Notes under the pieces: generated by a model
What the model was told of the DNA's origin: nothing
Database searches by the model: none
Seen by the model: only the letters and a program-made list of their open reading frames with translations
Source: Leucoraja ocellata
Taxonomy: Eukaryota
Reading direction: 5' to 3'
DNA: 64,000 nt
NCBI GenBank assembly: GCA_036785375.1
Contig: JAWMAR010000384.1
Location: 186,001 to 250,000 of the forward strand
Shown: positions 27,017 to 40,363 of the stretch, in pieces
Numbering within the stretch: position 1 is the stretch's first letter
How the letters are laid out: the number at the start of each line of letters is the position of its first letter
Made by a program: the position numbers and the translations under genes

Positions 27017-30000
27017 TATCTCTTAAAAAACAAAGAAAATAAGTTGACCATTTGACCGCGTGGGCAGAAGATACTGAAGCAGTCTCCGATTATAACGGTA
27101 GATGGCGCTGCCGTACCTTACATCTGTGATGAAGCTCAACACGGCCAATTCTGAAATGGGTCAAACGCAATATTGTGTCTGAGGTCACGTACAGGCCAGA
27201 CCAGCAATAATTGGATTATTTTCCCCTTGAAGGATATATTTGGGATCCAGTTGTTTTGTAATAATCAATCAAACAAACTGATGTTTCTTCTGAAATATTC
27301 CAGACACTTAACATAATTTAGATTCCACACCTTCCCTGTTGAAATATGTCTGGATATGTGGTCAAGGCCTTTGCGTGATGTGATTTCGGTTAGAAATCAT
27401 TGTTTATCTTCACTTCCTTCACCTTTGCAGGGAGCGAATAGGAGGAATCTTTCACTGCATAAAAATATTCTTCTTTCACAGTTTTCCGATTCAGCCACGG
27501 TTTAACCAAAGCTTGAGAGGTAACCTCTCCGCTTACTCGATACTTCATTCTTTGAAACCTCACATATATCACAGGTTTTTGCTCACTACTCTGTCATATG
27601 CTGAGATAATAGAGCAGCTGGGCTTGTACACTCTGAAGGATGAGAGGATATCTCATTGAAACATATACGATTGTAAAGGGTTTGGACACGCGAGAGGCAA
27701 AAAACATGTTCCCGATGTTGGAGGAGTCCAGAACCAGGGACCACAGTTTAAGAATAAGGACTAAGCCATTTAGAACGGAGACGAGGAAATACTTTTTCTC
27801 ACAGAGAGTGGTGAGTGTGGAATTCTCTGCCTCAGAGGGCGATGGAGGCAGGTTCTGGATGCTTTCAAGTGAGAGCTAGATAGGGCTCTTAAAAAAAGCG
27901 GAGTCAGGGGATATGGGGAGAGGGCGGGAATGGGGTACTGATTGGGGATGATCAGCCATTGAATGGCGGTGCTGGCGCGAAGGGCCGAATTGCCTCCTCC
28001 TGCATCTATTATCTATAGTCTATTGTCTACTCTCGCGATATATCTTTCTACCTTGGCAGATGTGTGCTCATGAAACCAAAGTCCCTCGGTTCCTGCGAAC
28101 TTTGAACCCACATTGCCTCCCCCTCCCCCTCCCCCTCCCCTCCACACACGAGGTGAATATATTGCTGTTGGTACAGAACACAACTAGTTATGGGGATAGT
28201 GGAGAATTAAATAATTGGCCAAAATGCTCGTGCATACTGAATGTGAATAATGCGAATGTTACCTCCGGGAAAGACTTTAATATTTTTTTTGGACAAACAT
28301 GAAGACAGTTGCAAACAGGATTTTGTACATTTGAGTGGGTTTTGGTCCCAGGATTTTAGCCCCAGGTTTTCCATCTATCCAATTTGCCAAGGTGTTGAGT
28401 GTCAATGAAAGTCATAAAGATTTAAACAACGACGCATGACATAAATAACTGAACATTGTTCTCTTAAAAGAAACAAACAGAAAATCCAATTACAACTCAT
28501 TTTAAACCGAGAACTCTTGTTTGCAGAAACATCGCATACACGTGGACTGTGACAGAAAATACACAGGAATAAATGATATATCCATTATACATGTACATCA
28601 GAAAGAAAGAAACAAGATTGCGATGAAAAACATAATAATAAAAAAAACACGTCGATTGTGTACAAGTTTTGGGGCATAGTGTCCCATTAGCGAGGCAGGA
28701 TTAGGGGTATGTAGGTCCTTCCAAAAGCTGGATAGTTGTAGGCAAGTAACTGTTGAACCGGGTGATGTACTTTCTGTAGGAGATCTGTAAATGTTTGCTG
28801 GAGTATTTGGAGACAAAAAGTATTTCTTTAAAATTCTTTGAAAGTAGAGGCATTGACGCTCATTCGCGGATGCCGTTGTTTGCTGGACCCGGGACACGTC
28901 ATCCACAATGTTAATGCTTCGAATTTAAAGCTGATAACTCTCTCCACCACTGCTCCATCAAATACTAACTGGCCTGAGGTCCCCGGACTTCCTCTTTCTG
29001 AAGTCAGCGACCAGTTCCGTCTTGTTGCTTTGGAGCGAAAGGTTGTTGTTCTGACACCACTCAACCAAGTGTTCCGTCTCTCTTCTCTATGTTGACGCAG
29101 CACCATCAGTGATTCATCCAAACAGAATGGTGTTGGGGGTGGATCAATAGATCTTTGGAGCTGTGGATGTAAAGGAAGTAGAACAGGGTGTAAAGCGCGC
29201 AGCCTTGAGATGCACTGTGTTGCTGGTCAATGGGGAGGAGATGATGTTCCCCATCCGCACTCGCTCACTTGAAGCTAATTCACCAAACAGTAAAATGGTG
29301 ACTAATCTGATTGTAACCTCTGACCTGCAGTCCCCTTCCACCTCTGGTAACATATCACTACCCCACCTTGTTTATTATGAATATTTCTACCTTTGGAAAA
29401 AAATAAAGACTGCGTCTACCACATTTTCAGAAACGTAATTGATGAGGCTTTCTCCATTCTGAGAGATGTGTTTTGTTTCTTCACTTTTTGAAGTAGGCAT
29501 TTATTTTTGTCTAACCGGTGACGTTTAGTTTTAGATTACCCCAGACGAATTGTCCTCACCCTTCACATGCTGTTAAGACCCCGCATAATCACCTGTGCTT
29601 CAATTAAAGCAACTCTCATGCTTCTAACTGTCGAGCAATTCCTCATAAGACAACTCACTCGTTGCAGATATGGGTCTATTAGTAACCATTTTCTGAATTG
29701 CTTCAAAGGCATTTACATTTCAATACTCTGCTCGATACTGCGATGAAGTACAACTGAAACACTAAGACCCTTTCTCTTTTGTATTCGGTTTTTCTGGCGT
29801 TAGATGCTAACACTGTTACCTTTCCTAGGTAGTTGTTGTGCCTCTTTCTAGCCTGTGGCGAATCCTCTTCAACAAATCGAAATAATTCTGCATCTCAAAA
29901 CACTGAAAATTGTCAAAATGTAAATATGAAGGGCCTCCACCCGAAACGTTAACCATACCTTCTCTCCAGAGATGCTGCCTGTTCCTCTGAGTTACCTCAA

Positions 30001-30336
30001 CTTTTTGTGTCTATATTGTAAATAACATTCTTTTGTATCACTTATCCTGCCAAAATTGACATTTCACATGTTCCTACATCCCGCATTTACCAGGCCTTTG
30101 CCCAATCACTGGAACTATCCACATCCACAGTGGCCTTGTTTCGTTCTTCATGTCATTAACAAATTCAACAGCCAACATTTTTTTTTAGCATTTTTAGAAA
30201 TTGTGGCTCCAGCAGTGATCTATGAGGCACATCAGTTTTTGCATCTTTCCAACCTGAATTTTGCTTATTTATGCGTGTTCTATGTTTCAAACTAATCACC
30301 CAATGTTCTTTTCTTAACCATAAATACCAAGACTCG

Positions 30337-31393
30337 TAGAAAATACGTGCAGGAGTAGGCTATTCGGCCCTTCGAGCAGCACCGCCCTTCAACATGATCA
30401 TGGCTGATCATCCAAAATCGGTATCCCGTTCCTGCTTTCTCCCCATATCCCTTGGTTCCATCAGCCCTAAAAGCTATATCTAACTCTCTGTTGAATACAA
30501 CCAGTGATTTGGCCTCCACTGCCTTCTGTGGCAGATAATTCCACAGATTCACAACTCTCTGCGTAAAAAAAGTGTTTCCGCATCTCTGTCCTAAATGGCC
30601 TACCATTTTTTAAAACTAGGACGCCTGGTTCTGGATTCCCCATCATCGGGAACATTTTACATGCATCTAGTGTATCCAATCCCTTAAGAATGTTATATGT
30701 TTCTATAAGAACCCCTCTCATCCAAAATTCCAGTGGATATAAGCCCACTCGATCATATGTCAGTTCCACCATCTCGGGAATTAATCTGGCGAACCGACGT
30801 TGCACTCCCTCAATAGCAAGAATGTCCTTCCTCAAATTTAGAGAACAAAACTGCACACAATACTCCAGGTGTGGTCTCACTAGGGCCCTGTACCACTGCC
30901 GTCGTACCATCTTGTTCTTATACTCAAATCCTCTCGCTATGAAGGCCAACGTGCCATTCGATTTTCTTCACTGCCGACTGCACCTGCAAGCTTTCTTTCA
31001 TTTACTGATGTTCAAGGCCACCCAGTTCTGGTTTCACCTCCGCCTTCCTGTTTTTGCCACCAAAGTGGATAACCTCACATTTATCTACGTTATACTGCAT
31101 CTGCCATGCACCTGCCCACTCACCCATCCTATCCAAGTCACCCTGCAGCCTCAGAGCACCCTCCATGCAGCTCACACTGTCACCCAGCTGTGTGTGATCA
31201 GCAAACTTGGAGATGTTGCATTTAATTCCTTCATCTTAATCGTTAATATATATTGTTAATAACTGAGGTCCCAACACTGAGCCTTGCGGCACTAGTCACT
31301 GCCTGCCATTCTGAAAAAGACCCGTTAATTCCTACTCTTTGCTTCCTGTCTGCCATATAGTTCACCATCCATGTCAATACCCTACCCCCAATA
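30337..31393 (-). mobile_element. CR1 LINE 3' fragment (copy 3)
   Basis: Paralog of 1523-2614. Confidence 0.9.
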
Positions 31394-33768
31394 TTACCAC
31401 ATTATTTACCAGATCAACCTTAGATTCCTCACCTTATGCCTGCTCGAAATTATATCTGCCTGGCATGGTACTTCTTCAAAGCCATTCGGTAAATTTCGGA
31501 AACGTCCTTCATAAATTCATAAATTGTAGGACCAGAATTAGGCCTTTCAGCTCACTAATTCTACCCGGCCATTTTATCACGCTTGATTTATCTCTCCCTC
31601 TCAGCCCCTCGCAGCCCCATTCTCCTGACTTATCCCCATAACCCTTAACACTCTTACTAATCACCAACCAATCAATCTGCACCTTAAAAATATCCATTGA
31701 GTTGGCTTCCACAGCGTTCTGAAGCAATGGATTCCACAGATTTACCACCCTCTGACTAAAGGAATTCCTCCTCATCACCTTTTGTAAATGTACGTCCTTT
31801 TATTCTGAGGCTATAACCTTTGGTCCTTGACTCCTCCGCTCGTCGAAACATCCACTCCACATCCACTCTATCCAGGAGGGGAGGGGGCGCTCACCTAAAG
31901 TCTACTATCAATTCCACCGTCTTAAGAACATTGAGCCCCAGATTGTGACGAAGGCACCAGGACGCCAGCTGTGTTACTTCCTGTCTGTAGGCAGATTCCT
32001 CCTCAACCTGGATCAGTCCAATCGGGGTTGTGTCGCCCCTGGGATCCCTGGGATCACCCTCGTAAACCTGCTCTGGACCCTCTCCAACGCCAGCTCACCC
32101 TTCCTCAGATTGGAGCCCAAAACTGTTCACAACACTACAAATGCGGACTGACCAGTGCCTGATATAGGCTCAGCAATACATCCCTGGTTTTGTATTTTGT
32201 TTTTGTGTTCTGGCCCTCTCGAAAGAAATGCTAGCATTGCATTTGCCTTCCCGACTACAGACTTGTAAATTCACTTTTGGGGAATCCTGCACCAGCACTC
32301 CCAAACCCCTTTGCACCTCTCGTTTCTGAATGTTCTCTCTTTCTCAACACCATTTTGACTTTTGCGAGATGACCTTATTGATCATTTTGTCAATACCCTT
32401 TATATCGTTTTATTAACAGCTTGCAATATTTCTGTCTTTCTTCCTTTCTGAATGAAAATGATCACCAAGGAATGTCCATGGTCGTTTTGAAACTCAAAGC
32501 AATAAATTCAGCGCTGCAATGGGATGAATTAAGATTCTAGAATGAAATACAATACATCTTAACACCCTGTCAGCCCGTGGCTCTATCAACTTCCTAATGA
32601 TTGCAACGTTTGTGAGTTTGTTCCTTGCTTCCACTTCCATGTCTGCAGCCGTTTCTGGGATGTTGTCCGTGTTCTGTATTAGAGCACACCGAGGATATTT
32701 TTCAGTTTACATTTTCTGTCATCTCCATATTCCCCTTTACTTTTACCCCAGATCCCCTACTTCATTGTCCAGTCTGTAGGTTGTAATAAAAATGACAGCA
32801 ATTCTTACTATCATGCATTAACACTTCTAGCTGACGTCCAACAATACTTTAATATACTAATTGAACGCTCCGACATATTATTTTACAATTCGCTGTTCAA
32901 TTTTCTGATTTCCATTCAACTTTGCTCATAGACTTTTTTTGTGCTCTTAGTTTAATGCTGTCTTTAACATGTTGAGATAATCGTGGATGTTTTATTTCTT
33001 GTGGCACGCGTGTAGTTTCTGTCTTTTGAATGATTACTTTGAAAGCTTCCGTCTACATCTGGAATTTCCGATATTTTAATTGAATTTGCTGGTGGATTTC
33101 AAGTTCAAGTTCACATTTAGTGTCACATACACGCACCAATTGTGATACAGTGATATTTGAGTTACCGTGCAGCCCATTCAAGTAAAAATAACACAATACA
33201 TTCAGCTGGCTCCGTTTCGTGGCATGCATTTACCCCTATACAGCATTCCCTCATCCTCACATTTCTACTTTAATTAATGATGTATTGTTCTTCCCATGAA
33301 CTTCAATTCGACCGTCTGAAGGGTCGTTCTCTCGCATTGCGATGAAGACATATTAACAGACTCTCCTGTGCCGTTTAATTTCACCATTAAAGTGGACACT
33401 TTAAATCAATGAAGGGGCTAGTGGTGGAATGGTGCCTTGCGATATTACACGACTGCGAATTATTTGTAGGAAAAGGACAAAGGTGTTATTTTATAATTAT
33501 TTGGGAGCTTAAGGTGATTAGTGCAAAGTCTGTACAGTGCCACCATTCAACACAGCTGACACCGTTTACTCAGTAAATAAGAGCCTGCTCTCACACAACA
33601 GTTCCCGTCTGAGTCTCAGAGCTTCTCTCCCCCTCCCCCCGCCGCCGTTGAGTTCACCGTTGTCTGCTATTCTCCTCCCACTTAAAACAACATGAATATT
33701 TCTTTCTCCCAAAGGGCTGGAGCTGCAGAAATAATTTTTTACCCCGAGCCAATAATTCAGTGAATCGG

Positions 33769-33827
33769 TGTCACGTGGATAAAGATTTGCATGAATAATT
33801 AATAAATAGTGACTGAAGACTTTAAAA
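33769..33827 (+). promoter_or_regulatory. Ig light-chain promoter, cluster 3 (CACGTG 33772-33777, ATTTGCAT 33785-33792)
   Basis: Same module as cluster 1. Confidence 0.85.
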
Positions 33828-33891
33828 GAGAAACTTGGAAAGGGCTCAAAACCGCGCTTGTGCAGCAAAATATTCCTGTATCACCTTCAAC

Positions 33892-33937
33892 ATGGCTGTA
33901 TGGGTTTGGGTTCTCGCCTTGGTGACCTGTTTCCACT
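33892..33937 (+). CDS. IgL: Ig light chain cluster 3, leader exon (MAVWVWVLALVTCFH)
   Basis: Signal peptide; GTGAGT donor at 33938. Confidence 0.9.
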
Positions 33938-34034
33938 GTGAGTAGAGCGCAGAATGATTAATGCTGTATCGTTTTACATTCTGCTGTGTTTTTTTTTCTA
34001 ATGGTTCTGTATATTTATCTGTTATTTCTATCAG

Positions 34035-34379
34035 CTATAAACGCGGAGACTACCTTAACTCAGAGCCCGTCTATATCAAAATCGCCGGGAACAACCGTGA
34101 AAATCACCTGTACACTGTCAGGGGGCAGCATCAGTAGCTTGTACACGAGCTGGTACTGGCAGAAGCCGAGCAGCAGCCCTGTCTTCGTGTGGTATGAAAC
34201 CTCAAGAGGCACCGGAATTCCAGACAGATTCACGGGATCCGTGGAATCATCCACGAACCAAATGCATTTAACCATCACCAACGTGCAATCGGAGGACGCG
34301 GCCGATTATTACTGTGCTGTGTGGGACGAAAGTAAAAAAAAATTCACATTCGGGAGAGGAACCAAACTGAATCTAAGCA
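34035..34379 (+). CDS. IgL: Ig light chain cluster 3, germline-joined VJ exon, CDR3 AVWDESKKKFT
   Basis: Open V-J frame and canonical splice sites. The frame depends on an A9 homopolymer in CDR3. Confidence 0.93.
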
Positions 34380-36630
34380 GTAAGTAAAATATTCACGGTG
34401 TGAAAGAACGAATCGTTGAACTTATGTTTTGCTTTCCATCACAAATCCTCGGTAGAAAGGTCCTATTAGACCTAAGTAGAACACAACGGGCCAGCCAGCA
34501 TGTCCGGTAGACGTATAGATGGGCAATGCTTCGTGTCGGAACTTTTGCGAAAGGACTTTCCCGAAAGGAAATATCATCTTTCTTTGTCCTCCAGAGATGC
34601 TGTCTGATCCGCTGGATTACTTCAGCACTTTGTGTTGTACTCAAGATGCCAACATTCGCGGTTCCTTGTTTCTCCTACGTGAACTTGTGTTTTTGTTTAA
34701 ATAATCCTTTACCACCATCCCTACAACACTGAGAAATCTGCGCTCATCTATCCGTGGCTTCTTGATCATCGTGGAATTTAACGCCTTCACAGACTGGCAG
34801 CTGTGCTTCAAAGTTGTTAAATTCTGTAATGATCTGAAAGTCTATTTCCCACTTTCTTCCCTGATGTTCATGAAACCTGCTCCTATAACAGGAATACTGA
34901 TTCTCTGATTTGAAGTATCCTCAAGTGGAGGGTTTCATATGAGACTGCAGCTATTGGTCACTTTGCTTCAATATAAGCGGAATGCAAACCAAAACTGTTG
35001 CCGTTACTTGAACAAATGTTCGGGAAATTATGAGATAACTTACAGTATATTGTGGACACGGAGAATACCAACTCTGACAGTGGGCCAAATAGAATAATTG
35101 GAAACATCCAAAGGAAAGTTAATAAACATTTGGCAAGGGATGTCGGTGAATTTAAATGGGATATTTTTGGAATTGCAAATACCCATTAGGGCAAATTGCG
35201 CGAAGTTGATTTCTGATCGTTTTAATGATACCATGAGGGTGAAGTGGCGTTTAGACAAGTTTACACGCGCTCCCTACAACAGCGCTAAAACTAATTGTCA
35301 GGGAAAAGGTTAAAACCAAAATTTAAACGCTTCGCACGGCAGCATTTCAATTCCCTTTACGCGAAAGCGTGGAGGATTGTTGCAAGTCTGATTCAGCTCC
35401 GAAATTAGAAACAAGAGCAGAACCGGATTCTGGTTCATTCCTCGTTCAGCGAGCCATTGCCACCTTAGCTGATCACATTTGTGTGGATATGCCGTCAGAC
35501 TCTTTGTACCCTTGACTCTTGTAGAACCTGCAAGGGATTTTGATGCTGGTTCTCCGATTGCCATCGAGTGTATGATATAGCAGAACACGCAGACTGCTCA
35601 TTATGCTGTTAAACATGATCCCTCTGAGTGTTGATTTTTTTTACGGGCAGGCGGTTGGTAGACCGACATGTCAAAAAAGCTTCAAAGAGCGAGACATCAT
35701 TTTGCCATTTTCGGATAAATTAATGCAGAAATGGGCACACGTGTATACGAGGTTATTGCTGAATTGCCTTGAATCGTACGATTGGAAGGAAATAGTACAG
35801 CGTCTTTAAATTCAGCATTAGCTTGAAATGTTTTTTAAAGTCCGAATATGTTGGATGTTAAACCCAGAGCTGTCTGGACATGTGTCAGAAGGAATTTGAA
35901 TCTGACCAAAACATATCTTTAGTTTTACATTTCATTTTTCTGACCGTCACCATCATTGAATCATGAACTATCTGGGATAGAATTATGATTACTATTTAAA
36001 CAAGCATTAATTTGGAAATGCTGCTCATTCTGCCAGGATGAGTTGTAATTCATTTTTTTCTGCCCGTTTCCATGATCTGTAGAAAATCGTATGTTATGTG
36101 TTTTACCAAACCTCGGATATACCCCCATAAAAATTAACTTATCATGATTCTGCTGTATAAAATGAGGTTTATAAATGAACGGGAATTGTAAAGCCAGTGC
36201 AGTACACGGCCATAGAGCCACGGAGTTATGCAGCGGTGGAACAGTCCTTCAGTCCACCTATTTCATGCCGACCGAGGTGCCCTAGTTGATCTGGTCCCAT
36301 TTGCTCGTGTCAGGCCCATATCTCTTTGAACCTTTCTTATCCAAGTATTAATTCAAATGTTTATTTAAATGGTGTTATTGTACCTGCCTCGTCAACTTCT
36401 CTGGGGAACTCATTCCATGGAGTCAACGCGTTATGTGTACAAATGTTGCCCTGAACCAAAGCCCTTTAATTCTTCATTCTCCTACTACGGGGAAAAGATT
36501 CCATGCGCCAACCCTATGTATTCCCCTCGCGATTTTGTACACCGCCATGCGATCACCCTAAGGTCTTCTACACTCCAAGGACTAACTGATAAATAATTCA
36601 CCTGTATTTATTTCAATTCTTTATTTCCAG

Positions 36631-36953
36631 GTCCGCGCTCCCCCACCGTTTCCATTCTGGCGCCATCAATGGGTGAAGTCACCGCAGAAAATACCGCCAC
36701 CCTGGTGTGTTTGGTGAGCGGGTTCAACCCGGGCGCTGTGGACATTAAGTGGACCGTGGACGGCAGTGCGAGAAGTGACGGCGCTGCGACCAGCCGGGTC
36801 CAGCAGGAGAAGGACAACTCGTTCAGTGCGAGCAGTTACCTGACTCTGCCAGCCGCCTACTGGAACTCACACGATCTTTACTCCTGTGTGGTTAAACACG
36901 AAACCCAGGCAACCCCGATTAAGGCCAACATCGCCAGATCCAGTTGCCTCTAA
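36631..36953 (+). CDS. IgL: Ig light chain cluster 3, constant exon
   Basis: Intact C1-set domain. Spliced CDS 714 nt = 237 aa. Confidence 0.95.
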
Positions 36954-37115
36954 TTCAAATGATCAATTTCCCGATTTGCTCCATTTCTTTGTAAATTAAT
37001 CCAATATTCAGATATGGAATGTTTGCTTTAACAGGGTATTTGTTCAAACGCAGCACGTGAATGCGCTGTCCGTATTTTACGGTGAACTGACAAACAATAA
37101 TGTAACATTTAATGC

Positions 37116-37121
37116 AATAAA
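37116..37121 (+). terminator. Polyadenylation signal AATAAA, cluster 3
   Basis: Position paralogous to 8487 and 22491. Confidence 0.6.
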
Positions 37122-40100
37122 ACAGATTATTCTACTTACGATGCATCGTTGTAATTTTCTGTGCAAACGTCCTTGCCTTCAATAGAATAAAAACAATAAT
37201 GTCCGATGATGCCAGTGTGTATAAACTGGTGTTTTGTGAAACTTCGTAATATTTCAAATAAACTGCATTTTCATGATTGATGGTGATCCATGTGTTCGGA
37301 CAGCTGAAGGGACCGCTTGCACATACCCCCCCCCCCCCCCCCCCCCAGATTGAAGAAATTGGGTGCCAATCCGTGTCCCTATTTTGATATCCCAGAAATA
37401 CGGAAGTACAGTCTTGGCATTACGCGAATATGCTTGAAGTACTCAACAGTCTCCAATAAATCCGCACAAAATATCACAATATATCAGTGTTTATGCAATG
37501 GAAACCGCGATGAAAAGTGTGGGTTGACGAATTAGTTAACCGCGGCATTACCGCGGTCTTTAATCAGCTCACCATTAATCACCAGAAGTGGTCATATATT
37601 TAAACAGTATAACGAGAGGAATAAAGTTTAGGCTCGTAGGGGTGAGCCCTAGACTCATCTTGAAGGGGGGCTGCGCAACAACAATTAACCGAAGTATAAA
37701 TTGTGATTCCCAGAATTGGGATAAACAACTTTCGGCATATGGAAACTGCTTGGATGTTCTTCTCAGGGAATAACAACACATTTTTAACATAAATTATGAA
37801 AAATTATGAAAATTATAAATTATGAAAATATAAATTATCCGATGTGGGTAAATCCTATCTAAAGAGACCCTCTAGTACGATGTCAATATCCAGTCGTAAA
37901 ATAAATTTATAATTATAAAATATACCACCTATTTGACAAACTTGTTAGTAACAGGTTGGGGACGCCACCTGTCTCCTTTCACCCCCTTCCTCCAAGGTTA
38001 TCCTTCACTCCATTCCCCACTTGGTGCTGATTCCCTTTTCACCCCTAGCCTTTGCCAATTAACCCCCTACCTAATCAACCCCCTCTCACATGTATCAACT
38101 TATAACTTGGCAGGCTTTATCACACCTCATATATATTTTCCAGCTTTCTCCCCTCTGTCCCAATTAGTGCAGAAGGGTCTAGACCTGAAACGATACCTGT
38201 CTATTCCCTAATCAGATATTGCCCGCCCCGGCGAGTCATATAGAATCCAATGGCGGAGTCTTGTTTTGCTGGATCTCTAACCGTGACGGCATTCATGAGA
38301 ATGTTTCTTGGGATCTGTAATCTCAATGCATCAGTAGCGCCTGATGGTTTCAGTCTGAACTTTGGCGTTCATCTGCTCTATCTGATGTATATATTAGTTC
38401 TGGTCATACCTGGCTGCTTATTGCTATTCTCTTCTTATTGATGTATATTTCACAGGATTTCTTAATTGATGATGTCTTTTGCGCTGGTAATCAGGTGATT
38501 GAACCGTTTCCTCAACTAATCCTCCTGTTGTATGGTGCTCAGTTACAGATCGAAACACATCACTTAAATACCGAAATCGAACTTCCAACATTTGTCATAT
38601 TAATTTCATACCATATTTGCAATCATGCGAACATCGCAATGTTCGGCGATGACATGATCTATTCAGTGAGTGCTAACGGCCACATTTTCCAGTCCGAAAC
38701 ACCAATTCATGGATTATTTTCAAGCCCATTGATGTTAATGCTTGAGATTAATAATTGAAGCAATGATTTGGAGCTTTGCATTAAAATACGATGAAAACAG
38801 TTACAAATGGCGTGGGATAGTTACTGCTGACATCCCAAAAGCACATGCACACACACAAATGGAGGGTAGCTGTCAGGGAAATGGGGCGGGAGTGGGTGAT
38901 GTGTAGGCGAACGGGACCAGTCACCCCGGCTCCTAAAATAATGGGTATTGAGCCGCTCAGAACGACCTCATTGTGTAGCACCGTTGTTGCAACAGTGGGC
39001 ACCTACTACAAATGTCATTACTTCGCCATAAGAGCTGCCTCTGTCATTGGACCTATCTTCTGTGAACTTGTGCTTAAGTGTTGAACTAATCTTAAGTAGT
39101 GAAGACCTCCGCAATACTTGAGAGACATTACTGCCTGCCAAAGCTGCTGATGGCATTCAATGTTTTCGAAAGCATTCATGCAACCATATAAATTAATTCA
39201 CATTTCGAAACACATCAAAATGAATGAAAATAAAGCTATGTGCAAATAGTAAATATAGCTACACACAACAGGGAATCTTATAGATGACAATTGAAAACAT
39301 TGAAACAATCTCACTTGAGTATAATACTGTTAGTCACGTTTCCATCATTGACATTTCTCTCAATTCAAATGAATGGACTTGCTTTTCCGCTCCAGTTTAA
39401 TGGACAGGTTCCTCAAAATAATTGTTGTTAAGTTCAGCAAATTCCTGCTCCATTGCCAAACTCCATCAAAAGTATACATTTGATCGAAGGTAGATATAAT
39501 CGGTGAACACAAATCAGCAAAGGTGTCCGCCGTTTGAACATTCACCGGTAGATGGCATTATTGTCTTACATATGTCTGAACAAAGTTCTCGACCCGAAAC
39601 GTCACCCATTCCTTCTCTCCAGAGATACAGCCTGTCCCGCTGAGTTAGTTACTCCAGCTTTTTTGTGTCTATCTTCGGTTTAAACCAGCATCTCTAGTTC
39701 CTTCCTACACATATGCCCATACTTGTGAGCATTACAATTTATTGCAGAGATGATATACATTTACAGTCAATTGTATACAATATCACGACAATGATATTTT
39801 TGCAAAATCCATATAAAATCTATAAACGTGAACGCATCCCTAATGCATGCAATGGTGTCCATGCTCGTGACCTCATTACACCGATTTAATAGGCGAGTGG
39901 TGTTGCATTAGGAAGACGAATATCTTTTAATCCTTCGAATTTCTATACTAAAGATTAAGAAATTATGCATGCAATTATGTAAGTCAGATGATTTGACACA
40001 GGCACATAGAATATATATATATAATCTTAATGGTAAATCAGAGTTTCATATTCTTCAATTTCATATCATGATAAATAGAAGTTATGCAGTGCATACTTTG

Positions 40101-40363
40101 CCCTACGCGAGTCAAATAAATGGAGGGTAGACATTATCGGTACAAACTCATACCCTGATAGGTAGATGTAGCGTTGTGCTTTCATGTTGTGTTTTGGAGC
40201 AAGAGCCTGCAACACTAAACACAATGCTGTCCTAACCATTAGTATTTTATTTATCAAATAAACACCATTTTATTGATTTTATGCGAGTGGGCTAAAACAA
40301 CTGGAAACATTTCAGTCTTGTGTAGGAAGGAACTGCAGATGGTCGTTTAAACCGAAGATAGAC

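Larger units (their letters stand above)
23780..27042 (+). mobile_element. Degenerate L1-clade LINE (copy 2) carrying two nested insertions
   Basis: Paralog of 9350-12065; ORF fragments 24147-24548, 24754-25071, 25679-26032. Confidence 0.9.
13976..28790 (+). repeat. Segmental duplication unit copy 2
   Basis: Position 1 sequence recurs at ~13976 and ~28791; leader ATGs at 5122, 19105 and 33892. Confidence 0.9.
28791..38275 (+). repeat. Segmental duplication unit copy 3 (partial; homology ends ~38275)
   Basis: Colinear with copies 1 and 2 through the C exon. 37320-37649 matches copy 1 and 38075-38275 matches copy 2. Confidence 0.85.

Noticed and set aside
26374-27042. 222-aa and overlapping ORFs in the Helitron
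   Set aside because: No Rep or helicase motifs; the frame is not conserved in the second copy.
1-38275. Triplication as an assembly artefact (uncollapsed haplotypes)
   Set aside because: Three copies with distinct CDR3s, private indels and a private Helitron are more than two alleles can explain, though read depth was not checked.
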